A DNA stretch of 62,907 nucleotides, filler included, from Rhabdomonas costata (Eukaryota): assembly GCA_019059605.1 (NCBI GenBank). It is 40 parts of 40 records of this genome, joined end to end, with 100 filler letters (N's around TTAATTAATTAA, not from the genome) between each part and the next. Parts side by side here need not be neighbours in the genome. Positions count along the whole stretch, not along the records: positions 1 to 1,475 come from JAHMHO010014972.1; positions 1,576 to 3,050 come from JAHMHO010014973.1; positions 3,151 to 4,625 come from JAHMHO010014974.1; positions 4,726 to 6,200 come from JAHMHO010014975.1; positions 6,301 to 7,775 come from JAHMHO010014976.1; positions 7,876 to 9,350 come from JAHMHO010014977.1; positions 9,451 to 10,937 come from JAHMHO010014978.1; positions 11,038 to 12,546 come from JAHMHO010014979.1; 32 more parts are not named here. One strand, written 5' to 3'. The position numbers were made by a program, and so were the translations under genes. This document shows positions 1-13,247 of this stretch, piece by piece; the first letter of the stretch is position 1, and each line of letters opens with the position of its first letter. The notes below the pieces were generated by a model. That model saw only the letters and a list, made by a program, of their open reading frames with translations. It searched no databases and was not told the origin of the DNA.

Positions 1-21
1 GTTTTTGTTTTCGTTAGCTTT

Positions 22-1475
22 TTGCTTTTGGTGTTCTCGTGTTCTGCACGAGACACTGATATGGAGCCCACCGCCTTCTATGAAGGACTCTCAGCCTCCG
101 CGTTTCGGGCCTCCGTTGGTAAGCCTTCTGGTGAATATGTAGAAGCACTTCTCCGGGTTCTACTAACCTTCAGGCCCCGCAGTGTGGCAGCATTGGCGCC
201 GGTTGCCGGCTTGTTGTGCCTTTCCCAACAGAGCTGTGGTACAGTGCTGGGGCCTATGCAGCCAGCATCGAGTCCCTCCTTGGGGGATGCCGCCGCGTCC
301 ATGAGGTTTGCGGAGGTTCTTGGTACTGACCCGGCTGTCCTTTCCGCAGTGATGCTGGCCGATCTTCCCCTTATCTTGGCGGAGGCTACTCGTCATGTTA
401 TGAGCCAGGTGAAGGGCAAGACCTTGCTGCCAGTGGATGCTGCAGTATCCAGCCAGCAGGTGGTAGGCTGGCTCGCTGGGTATTTTCAAGCCAAGCTCGG
501 AGCTAATCCGGTGCCAGCGCAGGGGGTGACTGTGGGTGTAAAAGATGACGACCCGGCTTCTGGTTCCAAGAATGAGGGCGTACAGGCTGAGACTGGGGAC
601 AATCTCTGCAACAACACCAAGGCTGGTGATGAGAACCCGAAGGAAGCATCCCTGAATGGATCAACATTAGGTTTTTTCGTGTTTCATATGTGAAGTGACA
701 ACAACTGTGAAAGGCAAAGAAAGGCCTGCTCGCATGCGGGCTGTGAAGTTGAACACAAAGAAGACGAGCATTCCAGCGCCAATATGAACATACAGGCACA
801 CTGGAAAGCAGACAAAATGTTATTTGTGCTTTGAAATGGTGAATTGGTGGATTTGGATATTTACTCTTGCTGCTGAGCAGCAAGCTTCAACATTGTGTTT
901 ATCTTGGTGCTTTTGCGTGTATTCACTTTTTCAGAGGCTTGTGATAACCGAGTTGCTTTGCGAAAGCTCTTCGAGTCGATCCAGGGCTCTGCCGCGGAGG
1001 CTGCTCAGAACTTTTGCTCCCCTTCAACAGCATCTGCAGATGACACCGTCGTTTATTCCCGGACCTTCAAAGCGATGCTTCAAGTGCTGGGCTGCCTGAC
1101 TGATGCCTCTCCTCGGCTAGTAGAGCTACCTTCTGTGTCTGCCAAAGCACTGTCCCTCAGTGCAACTGGCCTGGGGGCTGCGGTGCGGAGCTTGTGCGCA
1201 ACTGTCCATGCCCGAGAGCTGGAGCAGAGTAAGACGGGCGACTCCTCGGGGGCATGGTCCCCCTTACCCCGGGAGAATCGTACCCGGGATGGCCTGGACG
1301 CGGTGGATGATGGGCCCCTACACAACTTTCAGAGCTATCCCAAGGCTGGGTCCCCTGCCAAGGCCCTGGAAGGGATCGACTGGGAGGACGCTGTGAGGCA
1401 GACCGGAAAGACGTTTTGGGTCTGTCCACACTGCCAGCGAAGCACCTCCGACGAGCGCGAGGAGCACCACCCACC
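22..1475 (+). CDS. Hypothetical protein, partial; exons ~22-670 and 935->1475
   Basis: Removing GT..AG intron 671-934 (TAG|GTTTTT...TTTTCAG|AG) joins ORF 22..693 to ORF 895..1527 in frame (..NGSTL-E-ACDNR..). A CPHC motif lies near the end. No family recognised. Confidence 0.6.
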
Positions 1476-1575
1476 NNNNNNNNNNNNNNNNNNNNNNNNN
1501 NNNNNNNNNNNNNNNNNNNTTAATTAATTAANNNNNNNNNNNNNNNNNNNNNNNNNNNNNNNNNNNNNNNNNNNN
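1476..1575. other. Artificial contig linker, first of 39 (others start at 3051, 4626, 6201, 7776, 9351, 10938, 12547, 14126, 15701, 17276, 18851, 20426, 22000, 23575, 25150, 26725, 28300, 29874, 31449, 33025, 34599, 36173, 37747, 39321, 40895, 42469, 44034, 45609, 47184, 48758, 50332, 51906, 53480, 55054, 56628, 58197, 59771, 61334)
   Basis: An identical N44-TTAATTAATTAA-N44 block recurs about every 1575 nt; TTAATTAATTAA gives stops in all six frames. Confidence 0.99.
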
Positions 1576-3360
1576 GTTTGTGGGTGGTCCTTTTACGGGT
1601 GCCCCCCTCTCCCCCGATCCCGCCGAGCGTGGCTGAATGGCCGTATGTTGAAACCCTTACGTCCCAGAGGAAACCACCACAAACCACTAGAAATCAACGA
1701 AAACTAGGCGGAAACCAAACGTTCAACGTTTTCTGGGTGGAGGGAGGCAGGAACTTTGCCACTTCGCGCCTGCCACCCTGATCCTCACATTTCTTAGCCG
1801 ATCACCACACCCCTTTTCAGTTTCTCCATCGCCCATCCCCCCACTCCCTATGTCCAGGCAACTATTCCCACCATCAAGCCCGGCAAACAAAATGCTTCCC
1901 TCCCCTCCCCTGGCCTTTCCTTTAACTTTTTCCTAATCCCCATGGTACCTGTGTGCCTTTGTGCGCACGTAGCCGGAAAAATATACAAACCTGTTTGCTT
2001 CAGCATTTACTTGTGATTTTTAGGTATAAAACCTATAAAACTCAGTGCTAGGCCCGGAACTTCGGTAATTGACATACAAGATTACACCCTCACCCTCTCT
2101 TGTCCTTGCGCCAAATTCCGGCGGGACGTTGGAAGGCCCGGTAACAGATATCGTTCCCCATTTCTCTCACACCACCCCGTCCCTCAACCGCCAACCGCTA
2201 TCGGTGGACCAAGGTGGTCTCCCTTACCTGCCAGCTCACCCCAGATTCTTACAATGTTTTTTATGGGGTTTTTGCCCGTTTCTTGCGCAGCCCTGCCCTC
2301 CTGTGGAGAAGCCACAGTTCCCTGCCCCCGAGGGTACGGGGCCCGCAACGCGAGCACGTTGTGCTCCTCCTTGACCTGCAGCGTGGAGGACTGCTGTGCA
2401 GGTCTGCCACCCCATGTCTCTGTGTGAGCTTTGTGTGGGTGTGTGAAGTTTCTGTTTCCCAACCAGGCACCTGTTGACCTCCTTGTTTAAAGGAGAAGTC
2501 TTGGTTGGGGTGGGGCCAGAGTTTGTCTTTGCGAACGCGCCGGAGCAAGACCAGCGGGGCCGACCGTGAATATAGACTCCAGCCGATTCTGGTGCTCCAC
2601 AATATCCTCACCGGGTGGTCACCCGTTACAACCAACTCAGTCTGGAATTTCTGTGACTTCTCAAGAAGAGAGAAACATAGTGGGCAACCACTTTGGTTCG
2701 TCTGAATGCCATTTCTGACATCTTGAAGGACGCTTACACGCTGGGTTTGAGGCCTGAGCTTTCTGCCAGGGTTGGCAAGGATACCTGAAGCTGGAATGCT
2801 TTATGCGTGCATTGGAGTTGGCCGGAATTCTTCCCGCTGTGGCGGCGAAATTGGGGATTGTTTTTTTTGGGGGTGTCTTTCCCGGGCATTGACACAGCCC
2901 TCCCCAACACCTGTGGCAGTGGAGGGGGGTTCTCCTGCCCTGCCGGGCTCCCCGCCCCGCAAGGGAGGCCTCAACTGTGTGCTTCTCGCTGAACTGCACC
3001 AAAGAGTGCTGCGCAGAGCCGCCCGCAGGTTTTCGCGTTCTTTTTTTGCGNNNNNNNNNNNNNNNNNNNNNNNNNNNNNNNNNNNNNNNNNNNNTTAATT
3101 AATTAANNNNNNNNNNNNNNNNNNNNNNNNNNNNNNNNNNNNNNNNNNNNTGTGTCATCTGCTCTTTTTGTTTCTCTCTGCAGTGTGCCTTGTGTAGCAG
3201 GTTACATCCTGAGTAATAACTGATGTCTTGACTGAAAACTGACGATATCCAACACCGAAGAAAGCCAGCATTGGAAAATCATCATTTAAAACTCCGTATC
3301 GGAATTCCTATTCTGTTACCTTTGGGGTGGCCATCAGTATCCAACTTCTCACCCCCAAAG

Positions 3361-4490
3361 GTTGGCGGGTTAGACTCCTCCCAGAGCTCCTGCCTGAGCG
3401 ATGTCTGGAACTCCCCCGACGGGGTACGGTGGGTCCAAGCCACCTCCTCGGCTAACTTTGGCGCGCGCTGCGGGGCCTGTGCTGCGGCTCTCTCCGGAAG
3501 GCTGTGGGTGCTGGGCGGGTACTCCCTCAGTTCTGGCCAGGGCCAGGTCGAGGCCTCGGCCTCTGACGCGTGGTACTCCATGGAAGGGGCGGTGTGGAGC
3601 AGGAACCCCCCGACCTCACCCGCGCCTGGGATGGCGTACTCGGGGTGTACCGCCGGGCTGGGTGGGAACCTCACGGTGGCCTCAGGGCTACTCAGCCCTG
3701 CGAACGACGTGTGGAGCGGGAATGTTACAGGTACCAGCCACCACCGCTGCTTGCGTTTCTCTTTCCCCCACCCCACCCTCCTTCGGTGGTGGTGTGATCT
3801 ATCGGTGGTGGTGTGACCCCCTGCGTATGGCATTTGCAACGGGAACCGTGAACCGGTATGTTCTGAGTTACTCTCATTTGTCGGGATATGAACGGTGTGC
3901 CTCCTGTCAATCGTGGGGTTGGACTGATAGCAGAGTAGATAACCCCATCGCCATGGGAATGGGCATGCTCGCTGAATAGCCTGACGAGAAAGTCGACGAT
4001 GAACACAAGTATCGGAGTGAAATAAATGTTTGGATGGAGACATTCTGTGGACTCATCCCGCAGCGTAACTGTCAAGCTTTACACAGGCTTCACGAATCCC
4101 TTATCCTCCGATGGGAGATCTGCCAGGGTGAAGGGGAGATTTTCTCCCCATTCTCCATATGAGCATTGACATCGAAGCACCAAGGGTCTCGCTCCGCGGC
4201 CTTCGACACCATGGAACAGGAAACGTGCACCGCAACCTAACCCCTGTGGAACCCACTTCTAAGCCGAAGCACAGGATTTCGTTGGTATTCGCTTTGCCTG
4301 GGTGGGTCCCTCATACGCAGGTCTCGATTGCGTGGGCAGCCTCTCGGTCGGGCAGTGCTCCGCGGACTGTGGGCAAGGCTCCGCTGTACAGGCCTTCAGA
4401 GTGGCCGTGCAGGGGTGGGGCACTGGGGCACCGTGCCCCTACAGTGATGCGCAGAACCTCACCATCCCATGCTTGGGAACCACTGGCTGC
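3361..4490 (+). CDS. Kelch-like repeat plus thrombospondin type-1 (TSP1/spondin-like) domain protein, partial; exons 3361-3730 and 4321-~4490
   Basis: Kelch-type repeats: SDVWNSPDGVRW, GRLWVLGGY, SDAWYSMEGAVW. GT-AG intron 3731-4320 keeps frame into DCVGSLSVGQCSADCGQGSAVQAFRVAVQGWGTGAPCP, a TSP1-like Cys pattern. Confidence 0.7.
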
Positions 4491-5294
4491 GGTACTTCAC
4501 CGGCTTGCTCGCGTCTTGCCAACTCCCCCCCTCTCCCATGTTTTTTTGTCGTTTCGGACTCGAATTTGTTCTGCCCAAAACCGCCTGCCTTTCCCCTCTT
4601 CCCCACAGCACCCCACCCACTCCCCNNNNNNNNNNNNNNNNNNNNNNNNNNNNNNNNNNNNNNNNNNNNTTAATTAATTAANNNNNNNNNNNNNNNNNNN
4701 NNNNNNNNNNNNNNNNNNNNNNNNNGGGGGTTGGGGCCAGAGGCTGTGAAGGCGGCTGCGCCTTCTCCAGAGGTCCCTCAGAGAGAGAAACACACGTGCA
4801 CTCACTCACTCGCATTCGATGATATTCCAATTGCTTACATGTTGACTGTCTAGCCTGGGTGTCTTGTCATTTGTGGTTTTAAGTTCAAAACGGGAATTAA
4901 AGAAGTCATTACGAAGTGCTTGTGCGAACACTTGTCAAGTAGCGTCGTGGGGGACGCGTCCGTATGCGCTCAAGGCTTGGGAAGGAAGAATTCTGGGCGT
5001 GCCTTGCCATCGTCAAAGAACACTCATAGGTTGGCAATGGATTTTCGCGAATCGACCACAAAGACTGTGAAGTGAGAACGGAGAGAGACCGTCTCCACAA
5101 TAGTCTGCATTCCTTTGCAGTCCTTGCCCATTCTCCACTTCAGTGTTCTCTGTTTCATCCATTTTCCACAACTCTTTCATACTATTGAAGTCGCTGGCTG
5201 GGTTGAAGTTTCCCTCCCTGAGTCACGGTGCTCTCACGGTTCTAAGCTAAGGATGCCAGCGTAAGCCTAAACGTGTGTGGTGTTCTTGCCTCAG

Positions 5295-6133
5295 GAGGAC
5301 GAGGTGGGGAAGGCGGCGGCCTCGCCGGCTCCTCCGTCTCCTCTGCGGGGAATTTTCCCCCGAGCTCCCGCGGACCCTGACGAACTCAAGCCCGACGAGG
5401 CCCTGAAGGGGGTTGTCACCCCCCCCCCCCACACACACACACTGTGCTGTATTTGCCCTTGGTGAATGGAACGTTACATAGCCCCTTGCCCCCGTGTTCC
5501 AGCAGTCGCGGCGGAGCGTTTGTCGAACACCTGTTAACAACTTCTCGATATTCTTCTCGTCCTTTTACAGGGAAAGCCCATTCTGCCAAACTTGACTGTC
5601 GAGCCCTGCAAGTGGATCGTCGACGCGAAGTATGCTTTTTCTTTTTTGTCCTGTCATTTGTTAGTGCGCATAATTAGTTGGGCTATGTATGATGAGTGTC
5701 AGCCTTGCGCCGTTGCAAAGGCGACAGAATTCCGCAAGACTGTTGGCTGGGTTTTGTTCACCGGATGTGGCCGCTTCCATGCGCCCGTCCTGCTGCTGTG
5801 AGAAGCTTTGAAACGAGGGAAAGTCTTCGTTACGGTTCTTGTTATGTCCTTTTTTTTTTTGCGACTTCTATACGCGTCTTTGTTGGAGGTGTGTGTATAT
5901 GTGTGTGGTCTGTATGGTTTTATTCACCGCTCTCGCGATGGTTTTCAGCCCGTTGCCCCGGGAAGGAGTCACGCTGTACGTCCGCGCCCCGGACACGGAA
6001 CCGGAATGGGTGATTCGAGGTCGTACGCACTACGACACCGTGGAGGCCGCGATTGCTGTGGCACAGCCCGGCTCGGTTGTGAAGCTGCTGCCCGGGAGCT
6101 ACCCTCCGCTGGTCATTGCCAGCCCTCCCCGAG
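5295..6133 (+). CDS. Multi-exon protein with the N-terminal cap motif of right-handed beta-helix (pectin-lyase-like) proteins, partial
   Basis: Exons ~5295-5411, 5571-5629, 5679-5797 and 5949-6133 join at GT-AG sites. The last exon reads HYDTVEAAIAVAQPGSVVKLLPGSY, matching the 'TIQxAIxxAxxGDxIxVxPGxY' motif. Confidence 0.55.
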
Positions 6134-7470
6134 GTCTGCCACCCTAACGTAAAATCTGAAACTCCAACCTCTGCTGCAACCCCGAAGTCCAACACAAACC
6201 NNNNNNNNNNNNNNNNNNNNNNNNNNNNNNNNNNNNNNNNNNNNTTAATTAATTAANNNNNNNNNNNNNNNNNNNNNNNNNNNNNNNNNNNNNNNNNNNN
6301 GCTTTGAACTAGTGCATTCATGGGCCATTCCGGAGAGTGCATGGGGTTTCATGCCATGGCCGGAAGTTGTGGGGGACCCCCACAGACATCTGGGGCCGCA
6401 GTGTGTCATAATCACCTTGTCCCCGCTATAATCGGGGTTAGATGAGGTGTACCGCAGTGGCTTAACTTTGCTCTCTCAAAGAGGCTTTCCTCAAGCAATA
6501 CCCCTCGTTCTAATTGTAAGTTTTCCAGCATCAGAGGGGCTCTAAGCTTACCAGCTGACGTTGGATAGTGGGTTTCCCCTGCTAATTTTCTTTGAGCTCC
6601 TGGCAGCAATGGAGGGCGGTCCGAGGGCGAAGAGAATAGTGCGGCAAGGGGTGTGCGCTTCCCGGTGCACTTTCACGGGCAAGTGTGCCATCGCAGGCGG
6701 TTCCCGAAGCGGGTGATCGTTCTAGGGCTGCGAGAGGCCCCCATCCAGCCCTCCGCACCCTGCCTGGGAGTCACGGTGCAGTGTTGTGGTTGCCCATGCT
6801 TTGCGTCATATGACAGGATTGAGGTACACACAACATTAGCCCATCAAGATATGTCTCTTGAAGGGGGTTGGTTGAATGCCTGTGGGGTGTGTCGATGGCT
6901 AACAACCTCTGCACACAAATTTGTTCGTTTATGCAGACGCGGTGACCTCCAACAACAGCCAGGCTGTATCTGGATATCGTTAGGATTCAAGCAGGGGGGG
7001 TGGGGGGGGAAGGCGCACACATGCGGCATTAAGGCAACCAAGGTTGAACCAAGCGTTCGATATTCCGCAACTTCTGGGAAATCTCACACAGGAAGGTGCA
7101 TTGATCCTAGGTACGGGTGCATTGAGGGGGTGCTCCGCCCTCCCTCACCCCATTACCCCATATGCATGTATAGGTACATCCATTGCTCCCTAACCCCATT
7201 CGACATCTTCTATCATGTCCTGGAGCACACGCGAATCGCCATTTAACCCAGTCCATGCGAGATCTTCCAGGAGACGCGTACATTGCTTTCTAACCCTCTG
7301 CTAGGTCTTCTGTCATGTCCTCGCAGATGGACGAGACGTGCACCTAGGGTCCGCAAAATGCACCTTAAATGGGGGGTGGGGTGCCCAAAATGTCCAGCGC
7401 CATCATTTTTTATCTCTCTTGGAGTTGATTCGCCGTAGAGCTGGTAGTAAATGAGTTGTGTTGGGCTTCA

Positions 7471-7690
7471 GTTCACCCTGGAGCTAGTCAGCGCAGAGAC
7501 CCTGAAGTGGGTGAAGAGGGTGGTCGGTGTTGGGGACCATATCGCCGTGGACTGTGTGTGCCTCCCGCGCGGCACGAAGAGCCCCCGCCCGGAGCTCTGT
7601 GCGCGGGCTGTGGAGATGCTCGAGCGATGGGCGGACACACACGGGTTCTCACACATACCCTTCGACCTGCTCACCTCCTTCGCTACATTG
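7471..7690 (+). CDS. Probable exon of an unknown protein
   Basis: GC3-rich open segment after CTTCAG (FTLELVSAETLKWVKRVVGVGDHIAVDCV...). No family recognised. Confidence 0.35.
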
Positions 7691-10475
7691 AGCGAATTGC
7701 CTCGAATTGCCGTGTGGTTTTGACCCAATCCCAGGTCACCACGAGGATACTCATTATGCTCGTAGCATGCTGGATNNNNNNNNNNNNNNNNNNNNNNNNN
7801 NNNNNNNNNNNNNNNNNNNTTAATTAATTAANNNNNNNNNNNNNNNNNNNNNNNNNNNNNNNNNNNNNNNNNNNNTTTTTTTTTTTCGCATTATAGGTTT
7901 GCGAGCGAAGGCCTGCAAGCATTGGAAAGATTGAACCTTCAGCAGGTGCATCAATGCAAACGCGAACCCATGTTTCAACTCACTCACCTGCCTACAATTC
8001 ATGACAAATGGGTCTGCTACAGCATCTACATGTCCGTTTTCCCTGATTTGCAGGAATCAAGCGGTGTGTTAGTTAAGTTAGTTATTACAAGATTGCAAAA
8101 CTTTAGAAACCCTGCTGAACTGCGCAGTTTTTTTTAAACCCTTTCTGTGTGTTCTGTAAACATTTGGTGAGAGGTTGGCATGGGGAGCCATGTTTCTGCT
8201 GGCATGGTTTTTTTGGAGAGGTGATGATGGTTGGGAGTTTCAGGTGCCTCTGTGTGCAGCAGCAGCAGCAACATCCGTGAAACAGCTTCTGCAGCGTCAT
8301 CTGCGGCTGACCGCGACGAGCCTTGGGTGAGCGGCGCTGCGAGAAAGAAGCATCGGGCTGAGAATGGACGACCCCAGCCTTCTCCCAGCGTGCGCGGGGA
8401 GCAGACCACTGCTTCTTCTTCTTCTTTGGATTTCTTGCGGAGGTGTTCCGCACACCCAACCAGAGGGAATGGATCGGCTGCTTCCAATGCCTCCCGTGAC
8501 GGGCCGAGCTGGTACTTCGTTGTACGCCCGCCGCACGATGGTGTGTTCCTCTGTGTGTGCTCGCGCCAGTGTCTGCGTGGCCGACTGTACGGCTTATAGG
8601 GCAACTAGGAAGGACTAAGTCAGGACTTGAGCAGTGAAGAGTGCCCAGGAGTCAAAGCCGGTTTGTTTTATGGTGATATGGAAGCATCACCACGTGAACA
8701 AATGAAGGGTGTTAGTAATTACTCAGGTGTGTGCTGAGATACACATTTGGACGAGTGAAAGGTCGTTTAGTCGAAGGACCAGTTGCGTTGATTGATGAAT
8801 GGGCTGGGGCATACAGTGGTATACAATTCGCAGCGTGCCGTTTGCAGTCAAGGGGAAGGCAGGTGGGGCGCTTCTCAGCGGGGATACTTTTGCGCGGCCT
8901 CCGCGGCACTCTTCTGGAGGACTCGGTTGATGGTGGGGATGGTGAAATTGAAGGGAAGCTTCCTGTTGAGGACAACCAGGCACTGGACACCGGGAAAGCG
9001 GCCAAAGCCGCGTTCCGAGGAGGAGAGGAAGTACGGATGTATCAATCTACGTATTTTTCTATTTCTCTCCTTTTTCTTCCTCCTTGTTTGTTTGTTTGTT
9101 ATCTAATAATTTCTCTACTTCAAGAAGAACGCTGCCTTTATTGTGTGCAGGAAAAAACGTGTTCTAACTTTTCCATCGCTTTTATCAAATCCGAGGATGC
9201 AGACTTTGGGGAGGGGGCCTAACACCGATGTCGAGCAGTGTTAGGCACCCTAACAGAGGTAGGCCCCCCTAACATTAACTTTGAAATCGCGTGTCCGTCG
9301 CCCTTCTCCCATCCCACCTAACGCCATTTGCCCACATGCCCACACCCCCCNNNNNNNNNNNNNNNNNNNNNNNNNNNNNNNNNNNNNNNNNNNNTTAATT
9401 AATTAANNNNNNNNNNNNNNNNNNNNNNNNNNNNNNNNNNNNNNNNNNNNTCTCCAGCTTTCGTTCTTATCCTGGTCTCCTTCGCTACGATGGTTCCTGT
9501 TTCTGTGTCGATTCGTGCTTCTGTGGTGCTGGCGTGCCATTGCTGGTGTGGTGGTGTGCTGGAGTGGTGTGGCTTCACTGGGTGAGGTGAGCGCGGGTGG
9601 TTCTTGGGTATCGTGCTGTGACGGTGTGCTGGATTTGGGTTACATCTTCGAAGTCCGTTTCCTTGGGTTTGCAGTCGGGTTGCTGTATGCAATGGAAGGG
9701 CCAGTACCGGTGTCGTGTGGTGTGGCTTTGGGTGTTGTGGGCCTTCCTCTCATCCGTTGGTGCTTCTTCTTATCCATGCGAATCTTGGTGTGCTGGTATT
9801 GTGGAGGGTGTTGGGGCTGAGGTTGATGCGTTCGTTGGTTCTTCGGCGTTGGGTGTTGCAGGTGTCGGTGGTGCTGTGGGTGTACTGGTGTACTTGGTGT
9901 CGGGTCTAGTTCGGGTCATAGCGTCAGTGTTTTTGCCGTCCTCTGTCTCACGTTGTTGTGTCTCATGGTGTGGTGGTTCCAGCGTCTCAGGGTCTGTCAT
10001 GTGTTGGTCATAGCGTTCCTCTGCCTCATGTTGTGTCTCCTGGTTCCTGTTGTATTGCCTCTGTGTGTGACCTCGACCTCAGTGTGTGCTCTTGCTGCCT
10101 TCATGCGTTTCAGTCTCAGGGTGCGTTTCATGGTGTGTGTTCTTTGCCTCCAGTTGCTGAGTGTCTCCAGATGTCGACGTGTGTCTCTGTTTCGTCTCTT
10201 GTTAGGGTTTGAGTGTGTTCCTGACTCTATACGTGGTATTGCCTCTGTGTGTGTTCCTGCTGCTGTTGATGTTGCCTCTGGGTCTACGCCTTCTGTCTCC
10301 CTTCTGTCTCACGTTGTGTCATAGCCTCATTGTGTCACTCTGTCTCACGCTATGCCTCCTGTTGTGTCTCTGTTTCAGTCAACCATGCCTCTTGTGTCTT
10401 GGCCTCAGTCTTAGCCTCTTGGCGTGTGTCTTGTGCTTCAGTTACCGATGGTGTGACTTGCTGCCTCTGACCTCG

Positions 10476-10512
<37 letters not shown>
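10476..10512. repeat. (GT)n microsatellite
   Basis: Perfect TG run. Similar runs occur at 11056-11072 and 11803-11852, and a (GA)n run at 14558-14578. Confidence 0.95.
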
Positions 10513-10516
<4 letters not shown>

Positions 10517-11226
10517 TCCTGCGACCTTGATGCCTTCTGTTTGACTCAGCCTTCAACGTGTGGTGGTTCTACGCTTCAGTCTCTCTTGGTGGTTCCTGCT
10601 GTGCGTGTCTCTTGGCCTCTTGCTCCCTTTGTTGTGTGCCTCGATGGGTTGATGCCTCCTGTTCCCTCCGCTGATGAGTGACTGAGCCTGAGGTGATGTT
10701 GAGGTGAGAAATCCCAACGTGATTCAACCTACGCATGAACCCACCTCTTGATGGATGAACCCACCACAGATACGCATGATGGCTGAGATACCCGCTAACG
10801 TGATGGATCATGGTGATGCTGCTATCTGAGGGCCCCACGCAGGTTGAAGGGAAAGGGTTGAAGATGTGAAAGATGCCCAACTGTGACTGAGGAGCTAAGG
10901 GTGAGAGGTAACCACCACAACCAACCACACCCAACACNNNNNNNNNNNNNNNNNNNNNNNNNNNNNNNNNNNNNNNNNNNNTTAATTAATTAANNNNNNN
11001 NNNNNNNNNNNNNNNNNNNNNNNNNNNNNNNNNNNNNGGGGTTTGTGAGCGTCGCTGTGTGTGTGTGTGTGTGCGTGCGCGCGCGCTCGCGCGTGAGACC
11101 ACAAGTCCGCTTATAACGCCATGTAATCCAGCATGCACTAACGTGACTGAACTCGGGGTTGCTGCAAAAATAACAGTGGGTTACCAGAAGAAAAAGGGAG
11201 TAACCCACACACGCACACAAACACAC

Positions 11227-11799
11227 TGTGCCGCAGTGTGGGCAGCTAAGCCGAGACTTCTCCATGAACGCAAACTGGTCCACCACCACGCTGCTGTTGT
11301 TCGCAGTGTACTGCGCCCACGCCTCGCGTGCCACCTCGCGCTCCTCTCGGCCTTTTTTGATTTGGAGACACCCCAATGGGTCGAGTGCAGGGTGAAACGT
11401 CCCCCAGAAGAACATAATGCCACAGGAACACGGGGCACAGCTGGCAAAGGTCAGCACGGGGGAAAGGTCTTCTATATTCGGGCGATCACCAAAATAAACA
11501 TGGAAATCTCAATTAAAAACGCGGCAATATAGTGAGTCGTACACGGGTCCGTGCTCAGTGACCGAACGCATGGCTGTCGTTGTACACCCCTGAGACCATC
11601 CGGTGCCCAGCTTTGCTCAGGGAAGGAAGCGTAGGTAGGGATGGAGCAGTGTGTGTGTGGATGGGCACGGCGCACACTCTCACCCCAATGCCTGTCGTGT
11701 CGTCCAGTACGAACAGCAGCACAGTGAACGCGCCAAAACACCAACAGGTGTGCAGAACAAGCAACACAAGGACAAGCCACAGCACACTGCGCCAAGGCG

Positions 11800-11854
<55 letters not shown>

Positions 11855-12530
11855 GCGCACCCTTGCTCTCAATGGTGGCCTGGTTGTGGCAGCGCCTCTT
11901 GACTCGGTTGAGGTCCTCATGGAGGCGATCCAGGAAGGTCCTCAGGAAGTCGTGGGCGTCCTGCTGCGCCGTCCTACCAAAAACAATCAGCAAGACAGTC
12001 AGAAGGAGAATGCTTCCAGGAGAGCGCTCACAACAGCAAAATGCCCGCACAAACGGGGAGCCGCACAACGGTTCCGTGGGTCACCACGAAGCACGGAGAG
12101 CAGGCGCGTCTCGTGCCGTCACTAGGGCAAAAATCCCACAGACACAGCACAGGCATGAAAACCATTTACTGCAGCCTAGAAAGAAAAGCTTGGGCCCGAT
12201 AAAACCCACTCTCTTTACACAGCCACACCACAACGTGGAAAAAAAGGAAAGCCCGCAGACGCCTTCATCATCCAAGGTGTCAACTGTGAATGAGGACAGG
12301 AGCAAGGGAGTCCGACAGCGTGGTTGAGCAGAGGGTTGTGAAGGGGAGGGTGAGGGGCCATACCCTTGGAACATCTCATCGCAGCACCCCACGACCTCCT
12401 TGAACTCCCTGGGACTGACGGGGTGCTCCAAGGGCTTGGCCAGCTCCAACAGCAAAAGGTAGAACGACGCGGCGACCCGCCCGTTGAGGCCCAAGGGGTT
12501 GTCCCTGTTGAGGTCTGCGGGGGGTATGTG
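11227..12530 (-). CDS. Ubiquitin-specific protease (peptidase C19, USP4/8/15-like), partial; exons ~12516-12364, 11973-11861, 11351-11227
   Basis: Spliced translation: LNRDNPLGLNGRVAASF...SPREFKEVVG..FQG|TAQQDAHDFLRTFLDRLHEDLNRV..K|GREE..AW..Y...NSSVVVDQF....KSRLSCPHC. This contains the QQDA/LHEDLN box, and the GT-AG junctions keep frame. Confidence 0.92.
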
Positions 12531-13247
12531 CATATGGCACACAGACNNNNNNNNNNNNNNNNNNNNNNNNNNNNNNNNNNNNNNNNNNNNTTAATTAATT
12601 AANNNNNNNNNNNNNNNNNNNNNNNNNNNNNNNNNNNNNNNNNNNNGGGGTTATACGCTTCTTCAGATACGGAAACGCTTCTGGGTACATCCTCTCATTC
12701 CTTTTTTCACTTTTTGCTTGTAAATCACAATGGATAGAACATAATTATAACAGAAAATGACTCACATAAACTTTTATTTTGTTTGTCAATCACATCAGGT
12801 AGAATTAATGATGTATAATACATTTTAACCACTAACGTCTTTAAAACAACGTGGAAGCGCCACCGTCAACAGAGCAACGGTTTTACAGAACGTCAAACTC
12901 CGGAAATAATAATTTCTTCCGCTTCGCAATATAAAATGATTTTGCTCGTGTATTCACACGTACTGCCAATCTAATCCATCTTGGCTTGAACCATGTTCGG
13001 CCCTTGAAATGCTCTGTGACTCTTTGTCTTGTCATGTTCTCTCTAAACTGTGACGGCACAGCCTTATGCCTTGCCACTTACATGTCCCGGTGTGTTCACA
13101 GGACTGCGGACCCGGCTTGGGGCTCACCGCTTCCCGAACGCCTGTGACGCGCGTTGGGCGCTGCCGGGGCTTACCTTGGTATACACCAAGTACCTGTCTT
13201 TGATTACACTCAGCCGCCTTTTGCGGCGCTTGGCGTGGTCCCTCGCG

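Noticed and set aside
2184-2635. Possible tyrosine recombinase HSxRxG motif
   Set aside because: The LHSS..R resemblance lacks the other catalytic residues in any frame.
9451-10937. Long overlapping ORFs in TG-rich sequence
   Set aside because: Low-complexity composition, with no recognisable domain or splice-consistent model.
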